A DNA stretch of 64,000 nucleotides from Eledone cirrhosa (lineage: Eukaryota), in the NCBI GenBank assembly GCA_964016885.1, contig OZ024763.1:23684001-23748000 (forward strand). Direction: 5' to 3'. Below the pieces are notes generated by a model. That model did not search any database. It was given only the letters and a program-made list of their open reading frames with translations, and was not told the origin of the DNA. Position numbers and translations under genes: made by a program. Shown here piece by piece: positions 42,994 through 56,380 of this stretch; positions within the stretch are counted from its first letter, which is position 1, and the number at the start of each line of letters is the position of its first letter.

Positions 42994-44826
42994 CTATTTT
43001 GGTGTTGAAAGTGAAGAAAGAAAAGCACTTACCTCTCCGGGTTGCGTAATTTCCATGGCATCAGGTGTGTTGGGTGGAGGGATGTTTTGTGGTGGTGTGG
43101 GGGTACACGTGTGTGGTGGGGTTGGGGTATTTGGAGTTGTGTCAGGGAGAGGGGCGGTTATGGGGAAATCTTTCAAGAGGACGCGATTCAATGGTTTTAA
43201 ACAGGGGGGGCTCACGTCCCGTCTAAATTGTTCTTTTAAGGAACGATAAAGGTCCAGAGGGACCTTTATCATTTTTAAATGGGTGAAGTTCTCTGTTGAG
43301 ATAAAGTTTGGCCCTTCGGTCTGCACCATAGGGTTATTGTTTATTAATTTAACCAGTTTTTTGTTTTCTTTATTTATATATGTGTATTGCAACGTCTTTT
43401 TTTGTGATGCTGTCAATGTTTCGGAGAGGGGAGGCGCAGATTTATTTTTGTTTGTTGAGGGTGGGGTGTTTTTGATTGGAGTTGGTGTTTGTGTGTGGGT
43501 TATTTGTGGTGTGCTGGGTGTGTGTTTTCTTTTTTTTCTTTTAACTTGTCTGAAGGCTTCTCCTCCTTCTTCTTCAGAAGTTGGGGGAAACTCTTCAGCG
43601 CTAGGTGGGAGGGACGTGTTGTGTGGTTGTTTTTTTTTTGCGGGAGGGGTAGATTTGTTACTGTTTTTTTTATTATTTGTTTGGAATGGGTTTTGTGGTG
43701 GTGGTGGTAATGTTTGTGTCGTGCTTGTGGTTGGTGATGGTGGTGGTGATGTTTGTGTTGTGGTTGGTGGTGGTGATTTTTGTGTCGTGCTTGTGTTTGG
43801 TGCTGGTGGTGGTGATGTTTGTGTTGTGTTTGTGTTTGGTGGTGTCTGTATTTTGTTTGCTGTGTGTGGTATTAGTGTATTTTTGGAGGTGGGTGGTGTT
43901 GGTGTACTGTTTGTGGTGGGTGTGGGCAATAGTCCTTTTTGGGGGATACGTTTAGGGCAGTTAGCCTTAACGTGTCCCCTTTCCATGCATAAATAGCATG
44001 CTGGTCTTCTCCCCTCTACAATTATGTCTATTGGGGTAAGGTCATCCAGCCAGATGCGATCCGGGATTTGTGCTATTCTTTCGGGCCTCATTTGGACTAG
44101 TATGTCGAGGCCCATTCCCAGGAACGCATCTCCAGTTGCCTTCCCCATTGACAGCATTGTGTCTTCGCCCATATCAATGAAGCCAGCAATAGCCCACCAG
44201 AAGTCCATTGTGGGCAGCATTGTTTTTACTTTTACTCTCTGTGTTCTTCTACCCATGTAGGAGGGATAGAAGCTATATGTTGTCGATGAGAGTGGGCTTA
44301 GGGAAAGCTTCTCCGCCGTTTCTTTGTCTCTTGTTAGGACCGAAATGCTGCCATAGAGTCGGTCCTTTCGTATGAAGAGAATATTCTTCATATAGTCTTT
44401 TAGGACTAACTCTATTTCCATTTGGCTGGGCTGTGCTGGCTTTCTTGTCTGATTGAGTATAGTTCTGTAGAGAACTGTGTTTTCTGCTCTGGCTTTCTTG
44501 AATTCTGGGGGGGAGTTAATGGAAAACATTCCGTTCTCCCCCAAAACAATGTGTTTCTTTGCTTCGGCCAGTTTTTCTCTGGCGGCAGTTAGGTCAATTG
44601 GTGTGTATGTAATGGATTGTTTTGTTTTCTGGGCGAAAGTTGCCCTGTCGTTATTTGTATTATTTTCTGTTTGTTTGTTTTCTGTTTGCTCATTTTCCTT
44701 AACATTTGTTTTATCATTTTCTTTGTTTGTTTCAATGTCTAATTTTGTTGTAATTATTTTTTGTTCTTCAGACTTGGGGGGCGTGGCAGAGCTAATGGCA
44801 GACATGTCTGCCATCTTTTCCGCCAT
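42994..44826 (-). CDS. Retrotransposon ORF1 (nucleic-acid-binding protein)
   Basis: Open ~610 aa from the ATG at 44826. Contains a zinc knuckle CYLCMERGHVKANC (CX2CX4HX4C), a Pro/Thr-rich linker and a basic KRKKRK patch. Lies directly upstream of ORF2. Confidence 0.88.
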   Translation of the reverse strand: MAEKMADMSAISSATPPKSEEQKIITTKLDIETNKENDKTNVKENEQTENKQTENNTNNDRATFAQKTKQSITYTPIDLTAAREKLAEAKKHIVLGENGMFSINSPPEFKKARAENTVLYRTILNQTRKPAQPSQMEIELVLKDYMKNILFIRKDRLYGSISVLTRDKETAEKLSLSPLSSTTYSFYPSYMGRRTQRVKVKTMLPTMDFWWAIAGFIDMGEDTMLSMGKATGDAFLGMGLDILVQMRPERIAQIPDRIWLDDLTPIDIIVEGRRPACYLCMERGHVKANCPKRIPQKGLLPTPTTNSTPTPPTSKNTLIPHTANKIQTPPNTNTTQTSPPPAPNTSTTQKSPPPTTTQTSPPPSPTTSTTQTLPPPPQNPFQTNNKKNSNKSTPPAKKKQPHNTSLPPSAEEFPPTSEEEGGEAFRQVKRKKRKHTPSTPQITHTQTPTPIKNTPPSTNKNKSAPPLSETLTASQKKTLQYTYINKENKKLVKLINNNPMVQTEGPNFISTENFTHLKMIKVPLDLYRSLKEQFRRDVSPPCLKPLNRVLLKDFPITAPLPDTTPNTPTPPHTCTPTPPQNIPPPNTPDAMEITQPGEVSAFLSSLSTPK

Positions 44827-46190
44827 GCTGCCAAGAAAGAAATTTTTCGGCAAAAATAGATATTTATTTTACCCCCTAAAAAGGGGGTAAATGCAAAAAT
44901 GTTTCCCTAAATAACAGGGGTTAGTGTTCCAAATGTGTTGCACTAAAAAATTTATCCGGTACTTACAATAGTAAGGGTAAATCCCGATGGAATAGCGGAG
45001 CCGATGCGAAGCGTGTCTTACTCTATCAAGATAGATAGATAGATAGATAGAAAGGAAGAAAGAGGAAATGAAGAAATGAGGAAGTGATATAAAGGAGAAA
45101 AAACACCCTATTAGTTCACTGGTACCGTATTTACAGATGTCATGATATGATGAATGGCAAAGTTAACCTTACTGGGATTTGAACTCAGAGAGCAGCGAGA
45201 GGTCGGAACAAATAGTACATATCTAGCATTCTAACGAAACACCACTATACATACACATACATACAAAACTATACACACACGTACACACACGCATGCATAC
45301 ACCGCTATACACACACATACATGCATACACACGCGCACACATATATATATATATACATATACATACACACATACACACACAATACACACACATAGATAGA
45401 TACACACATAGATAGATACACACATGCACACACATACATTCATACACACACATACACACGCATACACATACATATATACACATACATACACACATTCGCA
45501 CACATGCACACACACAACGCACACGTACACACACACACACGCGCACACACACACACATACACACACACACACATACACACTGACACACGCTGATACACAC
45601 ACACACTAACACACACGTACACACACGCTCATACACACGTCCACACACGCTCACACACTGACACACACGCTCACACCCACTGACACACACGCTCACACAC
45701 ATGTACACACACATGCTCACACACTGACACAAACACTGACACACATGTACACACACACGCTCACACACTGACACATATACATACGGTCCCACACACCACA
45801 CACACTGACACAAACACTGACACTCGCTGACACACATGTACACACACACGCTCACACACTGACACACATATACATACGGTCACACACAGACTGACACACA
45901 CACTCTGATAAACACACACATGTACACACACACGCTCACACACTGACACATATACATACGGTCACACACAGACTATGACATACACACTCTGATACACACA
46001 CACACACACATGTACATACACACTCTGATACACACACACACACATGTACACACACACATGTACACACACACGCTCACACATTCAGCCAGTCAGTAATCAC
46101 TATCTAAGTATGTTAGTTAAGCTGTTCTGCTATGTTCCTACGAAAGCCGGCAGCCATTACTGATAAGATATATTGTGGAGTGGGCTAAAG

Positions 46191-46227
<37 letters not shown>

Positions 46228-46481
46228 GATGTATGAGGGATGGAGTGAAAGGGAAAGTTAGTGAGACATAGAGAGGTGGGGTGGGGTTGGAGGATGATGC
46301 CACCAACAAGACCTTGTTACAGAACGAGGTCTTATATATATATATATATATGTATAAATATAAACACATATATACATACGTATATATGTGTACATACATG
46401 GATGTATACATACATAAATATATATATATATATATAAATATAAACACATATATATATATGTGTGTGTATATATATATACAC

Positions 46482-46535
<54 letters not shown>

Positions 46536-46612
46536 CTATATATATATATGTATATATATTTATACATGTTTATATTATGCATGTATATCCATGTATAAAT
46601 ATATACACATAT

Positions 46613-46667
<55 letters not shown>

Positions 46668-46750
46668 AATATATAATTATAAATAAATATATACACAAAT
46701 ACATATATATACATGGATATACATACATAAATATAAACATATACGTATAA

Positions 46751-46803
<53 letters not shown>

Positions 46804-47082
46804 TATAAAGTGTTGACTGCTGGTAGTTATAACGAGACAGAGATAGAGCCTGTATAGTTTACTGCAGTTAGATAACACGGAGTAGTTAGTATTTTCTATA
46901 TTTCTATGGAGTTTTAAAAGTCATTTTCTTTTCATTTTCTTTTGCTTCTAAGTCCTATTTATGCTATCTTCTCTGTTTATCGTGTTTTGGTTCGGAGCGA
47001 ACCACAATCCTCGAGATTTGTAATTGCCGAAACACGATACAGAATGAGATTAACACGGCAGTTACTTGCCAATTTATTATAA

Positions 47083-47317
47083 CTAGGTGCCGCCTTCACC
47101 CACCCTTGGCTCCTCACCGCCACCCCCTCATACCAGATCTCTGTATTATTATCTCAATCACATGGAGATTCTAAAAGTTGCCACAAACTATAAAACTTGA
47201 AATTAGTTACATCCCTTCTCAATTTCTTAACTTAAAAAGGGGCTGCCTCCTCTTTTCATTCCTCCCCTCTCTCTCTCTCTGTATATATATGTTATATATA
47301 TATGTATATATCATATA

Positions 47318-47355
<38 letters not shown>

Positions 47356-47670
47356 TATATATATATATATACATATATTATCTATATATATATAGAAAGA
47401 GATGTCAACATGAATGGACCTGCTATTATCTCAAGATATTTTTTCCAATTCCACCTTTCAATCTATCTTATTTCTCATTCTTTTTTTCTGATGAAGGATT
47501 AGCGTCCGAAACGTTAAGACCCTCTTCCTGCTATTTCAAGCGTTAACCTAATATATTCCTTCAATATACTGTACCGATTGTGTTGTTATTTCTGTTTACC
47601 TTTTACACACACACACACACACATATATATAGTGATGGACAGACGGAGAAACAGCTCTTTTATAATATAG
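47083..47670 (-). mobile_element. Possible non-autonomous Helitron-like element
   Basis: Minus strand starts TCTATATTATAAAAG at 47670, and a CTAG-t end lies at ~47083. The 3' hairpin is unclear. Confidence 0.35.
47483..47520 (+). ncRNA. Minimal Penelope-type hammerhead motif
   Basis: CTGATGA-a-ggat-tagc-gtcc-GAAACGTT-aaga, with the palindromic AACGTT stem III typical of dimeric minimal hammerheads. Confidence 0.75.
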
Positions 47671-47751
47671 ACTAACATATCACCCCCTCTTCCCTCTTCC
47701 TCGTCATCCTACTTTCACTTTAGATATTTCTTACTCATTTCTCTTATCATG

Positions 47752-50466
47752 ATTCACTACAGTTTACATATGGTTCACTTCTCGTTCACTACAGTTTACA
47801 TATGGTTCACTTCTCGTTTACTATAGTTTACATATGGTTCACTTCTCGTTCACTACAGTTTACATATGGTTCACTTCACGTTCACTATAGTTTACATATG
47901 GTTCACTTCACGTTCACTATAGTTTACATATGGTTCACTTCTCGTTCACTACAGTTTACATATGGTTCACTTCTCGTTCACTATAGTTTACATATGGTTC
48001 ACTTAACGTTCACTATAGTTTACATATGGTTCACTTCACGTTCACTACAGTTTACATATGGTTCACTTCACGTTTACTATAGTTTACATATGGTTCACTT
48101 CGCGTTCACTACAGTTTACATATGGTTCACTTAACGTTCACTACAGTTTACATATGGTTCACTTCTCGTTTACTACAGTTTACATATGGTTCACTTCACG
48201 TTCACTACAGTTTACATATGGTTCACTTCACGTTCACTACAGTTTACATATGGTTCACTTCTCGTTCACTATAGTTTACATATGGTTTACTTCACTACAG
48301 TTCACATATGGTTCACTTCTCGTTTACTACAATTTACATATGGTTCATTTCACGTTCACTATAGTTTCCATATGGTTCACTTCTCGTTTACTACAGTTTA
48401 CATATGGTTCACTTCACGTTCACTACAGTTTGCATATGGTTCACTTCACGTTCACTATAGTTTACATATGGTTTACTTCTCGTTTACTACAGTTTACATA
48501 TGGTTCACTTCACGTTCACTATAGTTTACATATGGTTCACTTCACGTTTACTACAGTTTACATATGGTTCACTTCTCGTTCTCTATAATTTACATATGGT
48601 TCACTTCTCGTTTACTACAGTTTACATATGGTTCACTTCTCGTTCACTATAGTTTAGATATGGTTCACTTCTCGTTTACTACAGTTTACATATGGTTCAC
48701 TTCTCGTTTACTACAGTTTACATATGGTTCACTTCACGTTCACTACAGTTCACATATGGTTCACTTCTCGTTTACTATAGTTTACATATGGTTCACTTCT
48801 CGTTTACTACAGTTTACATATGGTTCACTTCTCGTTTACTACAGTTTACATATGGTTCACTTCACGTTCACTACAGTTCACATATGGTTCACTTCTCGTT
48901 TACTATAGTTTACATATGGTTCACTTCTCGTTTACTACAGTTTACATATGGTTCACTTCACGTTCACTATAGTTTACATATGGTTTACTTCTCGTTTACT
49001 ACAGTTTACATATGGTTCACTTCACGTTCACTATAGTTTACATATGGTTTACTTCTCGTTTACTACAGTTTACATATGGTTCACTGCACGTTCACTATAG
49101 TTTACATATGGTTTACTTCTCGTTTACTACAGTTTACATATTGTTCACTTCACGTTCACTATAGTTTACATATGGTTTACTTCTCGTTTACTACAGTTTA
49201 CATATGGTTCACTTCACGTTCACTATAGTTTACATATGGTTCACTTCACGTTTACTACAGTTTACATATGGTTCACTTCTCGTTCTCTATAATTTACATA
49301 TGGTTCACTTCTCGTTTACTACAGTTTACATATGGTTCACTTCTCGTTCACTATAGTTTAGATATGGTTCACTTCTCGTTTACTACAGTTTACATATGGT
49401 TCACTTCTCGTTTACTACAGTTTACATATGGTTCACTTCACGTTCACTACAGTTCATATATGGTTCACTTCTCGTTTACTATAGTTTACATATGGTTCAC
49501 TTCTCGTTTACTACAGTTTACATATGGTTCACTTCACGTTCACTACAGTTCACATATGGTTCACTTCTCGTTTACTATAGTTTACATATGGTTCACTTCT
49601 CGTTTACTACAGTTTACATATGGTTCACTTCACGTTCACTATAGTTTACATATGGTTTACTTCTCGTTTACTACAGTTTACATATGGTTCACTTCACGTT
49701 CACTATAGTTTACATATGGTTTACTTCTCGTTTACTACAGTTTACATATGGTTCACTTCACGTTCACTACAGTTCACATATGGTTCACTTCTCGTTTACT
49801 ATAGTTTACATATGGTTCACTTCTCGTTTACTACAGTTTACATATGGTTCACTTCTCGTTTACTACAGTATACATATGGTTTACTTCTCGTTTACTACAG
49901 TTTACATATGGTTCACTTCTCGTTTACTACAGTTTACATATGGTTCACTTCTCGTTTACTACAGTTTACATATGGTTCACTTCACGTTCACTACAGTTCA
50001 CATATGGTTCACTTCTCGTTTACTATAGTTTACATATGGTTCACTTCACGTTTACTACAGTATACATATGGTTCACTTCTCGTTTACTACAGTTTACATA
50101 TGGTTCACTTCACGTTCACTACAGTTTACATATGGTTCACTTATCGTTCACTATAGTTTACATATGGTTCACTTATCGTTCACTATAGTTTACATATGGT
50201 TCACTTCTCGTTCACTACAGTTTACATATGGTTCACTTCACGTTCACTACAGTTTACATATGGTTCATTTCTCGTTCACTACAGTTTACATATGGTTTAC
50301 TTCTCGTTTACTACAGTTTACATATGGTTCACTTCACGTTCACTATAGTTTACATATGGTTCACTTCTCGTTCACTACAGTTTACATATGGTTCACTTCA
50401 CGTTCACTACAGTTTACATATGGTTCATTTCTCGTTCACTACAGTTTACATATGGTTCATTTCTCG
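47752..50466. repeat. 32-bp satellite (TTCACTACAGTTTACATATGGTTCACTTCTCG)n
   Basis: About 85 tandem units. Confidence 0.99.
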
Positions 50467-51205
50467 TCCATATCTTGTTTTATTTGATTTCCTCTCGTGT
50501 TATTCTGCAAGTGATAATCTCATTAATTGATTGAATGATAAAGTTATTAGTTGATTAAGTAACAGATCTAGCGAAAACGATATGGTAGTTTTCCAAGGTG
50601 CAAAGTTTGCAAGGACTATTCTAATTTACCCGACGTTTTCACCATGGAGGCTATATTTTATTTTAGGTGAAATGGAATCAGATTTTTGTCTGGTGGTGGT
50701 GTGGTTGTAGTACTAGCAGCAACAGCAGTAGCAGGGTTAGTAGTAGTACAAGTGATGGTAGAGGTGGGAGAGTGGGAAAGGGAGAAAGAGATAATGAAAA
50801 AGAAAGAGAGTGTGTAAATGAGAAAGTGTTATAAAGGAGAATTCTCCCCCATTAGTAGACTGGTAACTTATTTACTGATATCATTTCAGAAATGATGAAA
50901 GTATGTTTTTATTAGTGTTTCTTAAAGAATATATGCTACGATACAATCTACATTTAAAAGTGTTTCAGGTTATTTCTATGTAGGCTTTAATGTTATTGTT
51001 AGAGGTAAAAACACTTTAGTATACTATATATTTAACGACACAGCAAGTGATTAGTATTAAGTGCAGTGAGGAATGTCGGTGTGTTGTTAGTGATTTTGTT
51101 CTGGTTATTATTTATCAAGCTTAGAGGAATGATATATAACTGTCGGAGTTTTGGGCGTCATTGGAATAGAATAATTAGATATGTTTTGGTAGAGGGCTGA
51201 TATTA

Positions 51206-51555
51206 TATCGGTAGAGGGTCGGACGTCATGCTTTGCAGCAAAGACTTACGGCCCTTCATGGTCTGAGTTCAAATCCCGCTGAGGTTAACTTTGCCTTTCA
51301 TCCTTACGGGGTCGATAAAATAAAGTACCAGTAATACACTGGGATAATTGCTGGTCATGTGCCAAAAGTAGAAACAATTATATATCATTTAAGTAGGTGG
51401 CAAATTGTCAGCGTCGATAGAACCTCCGATAAAATGCTGTGGTGTTCGTTCTGCTTCTCTCCTCTTTGAGTTCAGATCCTATCGAGGTCAATTTCTGGCT
51501 TTCATTCGTTCGCGGTCGATAAAAAAAGTACCAGTCTAACACTGATGTCGATTCT
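51206..51555 (+). mobile_element. Family A SINE (51206-51380) followed by an older diverged copy (~51395-51555)
   Basis: B boxes gagttcaaatcc and gagttcagatcc; bodies ctttcat...gtcgataaaa...gtacca. Confidence 0.82.
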
Positions 51556-51677
51556 TCCTCTATATCTCTTTCTCACTTTCTATCCTTCTCTGGAACAAAT
51601 AACTGGAGCCAGCCCTGGAGAGGAATGGGCTTCGTCAGGCGTAAAATGCCCATGAAAAGCAGTATATCACTACGGAC

Positions 51678-51826
51678 TATACCATACCAAACCATAGCAT
51701 ACCATACCATACCAAACCATACCTTACCAAATCATACCATACCATACCTTACCAAATCATACCATACCAAACCAAAGCATACCAAGACAAACCATACCAA
51801 ACCATGCCATACCAAACCATACCATG
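51678..51826. repeat. (ACCAT)n degenerate pentanucleotide repeat
   Basis: Direct reading. Confidence 0.9.
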
Positions 51827-53018
51827 ATTTAAGTAGAAATACATTTTAAGGTAATTAAATAAGTTTTGAATAATTGGTGATATTGAACGACTGTGATATT
51901 GAACGAAGCTGCGTACTAAGTAGAATTGCTTTTCGGGGGGGGGGGGGGGGGGGGGGGGCAAAAAAAAGAACTTCCAGCTTTCATATTGACAACTGCATGG
52001 CAACATTTTCAACAACAGAATCATTTTTCACGTCCGATGAACACGAATCCAATTGCGAACGCAAATCCGCATAATTCGATTTAAAAAAAAAAAAGGATCT
52101 CCGGCGGTTTAGACGACGAGTGTTCCAATTGTTTGAAGAACGGAACACGCTGCTCGAGAAATCAACGTGCAGCTGGTGGAGTTATCCACAGATATGCATA
52201 ACTTTCACACCTAATTCCCAGGGAGATTCAGCAGGATAAAGATACAGAAAAAAAAAACGCAAGACAAATGTGAAGGAATATTGGCAGGTCGATACACACG
52301 CACAGATTCTATATATATATATGTATAAGAGAAAGGGAGTCATTATACATTCATACACAAAAATGTATATATATAGGTGCGGGGGGGGGAGGGGGGAAGA
52401 GGGGGGGGGGAAGAGAGCAGGAGGGAGAGAAAAAGAGGGACAGAGAAAGAGAGAGCAGGGGTGAGAGAAAAAGAGGGACAGAGAAAGAGAGAGAGAGACA
52501 GAGAAAGAGAGAGAGAGACAGAGAGAGTGAGAGTGAGTGAGAGTGAGTGAGGGAGAGTGAGAGTGAGTGAGAGTGAGTGAGAGTGAGTGAGAGTGAGTGA
52601 GAGAGAGAGTGAGAGTGAGTGAGAGGGAGTGAGAGTGAGAGTGAGAGTGAGTGAGAGTGAGAGTGAGAGTGAGTGAGAGTGAGTGAGTGAGAGTGAGAGT
52701 GAGTGAGAGTGAGTAAGAGTGAGTGAGAGTGAGAGTGAGTGAGAGTGAGAGTGAGTGAGAGTGAGAGAAATAGATATATTGAGAGAGGCTGTTAGCTGTA
52801 GGAATTGACAGGCTAAATCATCAGGTCACGCCATCTTGCGTCCAACAACCACAAGGATGAAGTTACCTCCCCCTACCAACCCAACCAAACAACACAATAG
52901 ACAGCAGTTACCTCCCCCTCGCCCCATATACTAATATTCTCCTTTACACTACCAGAAACCATATTACAACCAAAATAATCCCTCTCTTCCCCTCTTTGTA
53001 TATATATGTATATAGATA

Positions 53019-53100
<82 letters not shown>

Positions 53101-53454
53101 CATATATGTATATATATATGTATATATATATATGTATATATATATATACATATATGTATATATATATATGTATATATATATATGTATATATATATATACA
53201 TATATAGATATATATATATGTATATATATATATACATATATGTATATATATATGTATATATATATATGTATATATATATATACATATATGTATATATATA
53301 TATGTATATATATATATACATATATAGATATATATATATGTATATATAATATATATATGTATATATATATATACATATATGTATATATATATATATGTAT
53401 ATATATATACATATATGTATATATATATATGTATATATATTATATACATATATG

Positions 53455-53535
<81 letters not shown>

Positions 53536-53548
53536 GTATATATATACA

Positions 53549-53590
<42 letters not shown>

Positions 53591-53928
53591 CATATATGTA
53601 TATATATACATATATGTATATATATATAGATATATATATATATATATATACATATATATATACATATATATATATATACATATATATATACATATATATA
53701 TATATATACATACATAGATATATATATATATATATATATACATATATATATACATATATATATATATACATACATATATATATATATATACATACATATA
53801 TATACATATACATATATATACATATATATATATATACATATATATATACATACATATATATATACATATATATATACATACATATATATATACATATATA
53901 TATACATACATATATATATATATACATA

Positions 53929-53960
<32 letters not shown>

Positions 53961-54175
53961 CATACATATATATACATATACATATATATACATATACATA
54001 CATATATATATACATATATATATATACATATATATATTTACATATATATATATACATATATTTACATATATATCTATATATATATATATACACACATATA
54101 TATATATATATATATATACATATATATATACATATATATATACATATATATATACATATATACACACACACACAC

Positions 54176-54261
<86 letters not shown>

Positions 54262-55205
54262 CTGTTACTATATATGCATACATATACAGCAACAGACACA
54301 CAGACAGACATCCAACGAAGAATAAGGAAACAATAGCAATCGGAATAAACCAATTTTCTGCAAGACTGACTGTCAGGGATTGTTGTGGGGAGATTAGAGT
54401 ATTGCTAGGAGAGCAAATAGATAAATACTGGTGGAAGTGGCATGGATGGAGGGGAGGTAGTGTGGAGGTGGGGGGAGTGTGGACGGGGGCAGATACGGGG
54501 GGGGGGTAGAGAGAGAGAGAGAGTGGGAGTGTGAGGGTGGGGGGGAGGGGTAGATGTGGGGGGGGGTGGAGAGACGAGGGGTGAGCGTGAGCGGGGGGCG
54601 AGGCTCCTTTAGCCTATGGGTGAGGGATGATGGTGGTGGTTGTGGTGGTGGTGGTGGTAGTGGTGGTGGTTTTGGGGGTTGTTGTTGTTGGTGGTGGTGG
54701 TAGTGTCGGTGTGCGGCTAAGGTTAGAGGCTACTATGGTGACGTGGTGTGATGCTATATGGTGGTGGTGGTGGTGGTACTGGTGGTGTGCTGTGGTGATA
54801 TGTGGTGGTTGTGGTGGTGGTGGTTGTGTTCTGTGCTATGCCGTATTGGTGGTGGTGGCGATGTTGTTGGTATGTGTAGCTAGGGTTAGAGGCTGCCATT
54901 GCGGTGTGGTGTGGTGTGGTGTAGTAGTATTTGGCGGTGCCGGTGGAAATGATTGTTCTGTAGTGATTATGGTATATTGTGTGTTTGGTTCGTTCTAGAA
55001 GGATATCAATGGTTTTAGGTTGCACAAGTAACAACAACAACAACAATAGGTAATAACAGTCATGTATATATATATATGTATGACATATTTCTTCTTTTAT
55101 GCTTTCACTGTTGTCAGTCAACCTGCGGCCATACTGGAGTACCGACTCCATTCATATCTCTGTAAAACCCTATCATACACACACTCACGTATAGTTTATA
55201 TATAC

Positions 55206-55240
55206 ACTAGCTGAATTACCCGGCGTTGCCCAGGTTACTG
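55206..55240 (-). mobile_element. Helitron-like 3' terminus
   Basis: Minus strand cctgggcaacgccggg-taattcag-CTAG-t: a GC-rich hairpin shortly before CTAG. Confidence 0.55.
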
Positions 55241-55397
55241 CTGTTCTTATTCAGATTAGTAAACAATAAATATGAAGATATGTTTGGTACATGAGGCATA
55301 GTTATCCCAAATTTGAAGGAAATCAGGAAGCCCTGATGATTTCTCTAGAATAAAACAGTTCTAGTCCTGCAGAAGCCATCTCTATATTAAATACACA

Positions 55398-55453
<56 letters not shown>

Positions 55454-55695
55454 ACACACACACACACACACACTTATATATATATACACACAAGTACAAT
55501 AACACGAAACATATAAACACACACTAGTGAACAAAGATAGAATACGAAAAGAAAAACACATACACTCAAACGCGAACACACACACACCAAACATTAAACA
55601 CACACGCAAACGCATGTACAGAGACAAGAAGAAATAGATAAATTAAATAAATAAAAGTGGCGTAGACTTTACAATACAAGGGGAAGAAAGAATAG

Positions 55696-55740
55696 TACCA
55701 CTGATGATGTCGCAGATGTGCGTCGAAAGAACTTTGATAG
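55696..55740 (+). ncRNA. Hammerhead-like motif (homolog at 3089-3133)
   Basis: tacca-CTGATGA-t-gtcgca-gatg-tgcgtc-GAAA-gaact. The 3089 copy has stem II gtcaca/tgtgac but GAAA is mutated. Confidence 0.6.
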
Positions 55741-55936
55741 ATTATATATATATATATATATTTTTTTATATCTGTATTTTTAACCGCTGGTCAATCAATG
55801 ATAAACATTGATTGCCAAATAAATTAACTATGGAGATATAAAAGATATAGAAGCGAAAACCAACCCAAACCAAACAGTGAGAGTGTTCTGTTATTATTTC
55901 TGGCAATATTATAACAATATGACCCTCCCCAAATAT

Positions 55937-55967
<31 letters not shown>

Positions 55968-55976
55968 ACGAAGGAA

Positions 55977-56163
55977 GTGTGGTAAGGAACCAGGTGGACC
56001 ATAACGCAGCAGAGTACTCGATAGTATGGGTAGTAGAGTGGGTAATAGGAAAAGAGTCAGGACCCCGATGGCTGAGCTCCGGCCGTTTCGACGGCTATTT
56101 CTGTTGATACAGCTGTTGAAACAGCCGGAGTTCAGCCGTCGGGGTCCTGACTCTTTTCCTATT
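55977..56163. mobile_element. Asymmetric copy of the 11331 hairpin family
   Basis: Same left arm, different loop, shorter right arm; (TA)n on both sides. Confidence 0.82.
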
Positions 56164-56205
56164 ATATATATATATATATAATAGTAAATATAAATAATAG
56201 TAAAT

Positions 56206-56278
56206 TTTCATTCTGATGAGCGACTTCAGACGTCTCTATTGAGCTCGTCTGTCTTCGTGAAACCTTTGGTAAATGGAA
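56206..56278 (+). ncRNA. Type I hammerhead-like motif with long stem II
   Basis: tttcatt-CTGATGA-gcga...tcgt-GAAA-cctttg-GTA-aatggaa. Stem I tttcatt pairs with aatggaa. Confidence 0.72.
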
Positions 56279-56380
56279 TAATTGCCTTATGTTGTTTATT
56301 ACATAATCAAATATCTCTGTAGCATACATAGAGCACTCTCCTTTCCTTTATCCTTTCTACGTAAATACTTCATATATATA

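Larger units (their letters stand above)
39327..45028 (-). mobile_element. Full-length L1/Tx1-type non-LTR retrotransposon inserted in a (GATA)n microsatellite
   Basis: Two long ORFs (Gag-like ORF1 and APE-RT ORF2), a ~200-bp 5' UTR, and a ~230-bp 3' UTR ending AATAAATAAAAA. (GATA)n lies directly on both sides (39302-39326 and 45030-45050). Confidence 0.95.

Noticed and set aside
39462-44890. Plus-strand and alternative-frame ORFs inside the Tx1 element
   Set aside because: They are shadows of ORF1 and ORF2 with no recognisable motifs.
47752-50530. 32-bp array as a CRISPR array or repeat protein
   Set aside because: Units are contiguous with no unique spacers, no cas genes are present, the context is eukaryotic, and the ORFs simply cycle through frames.
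51585-51680. Possible RTE ORF 3' end ahead of the (ACCAT)n run
   Set aside because: Similarity is too short and needs a frameshift; not supportable without a search.
55332-55360. CTGATGA at ~55333 as a hammerhead
   Set aside because: No properly placed GAAA or stems I and III.
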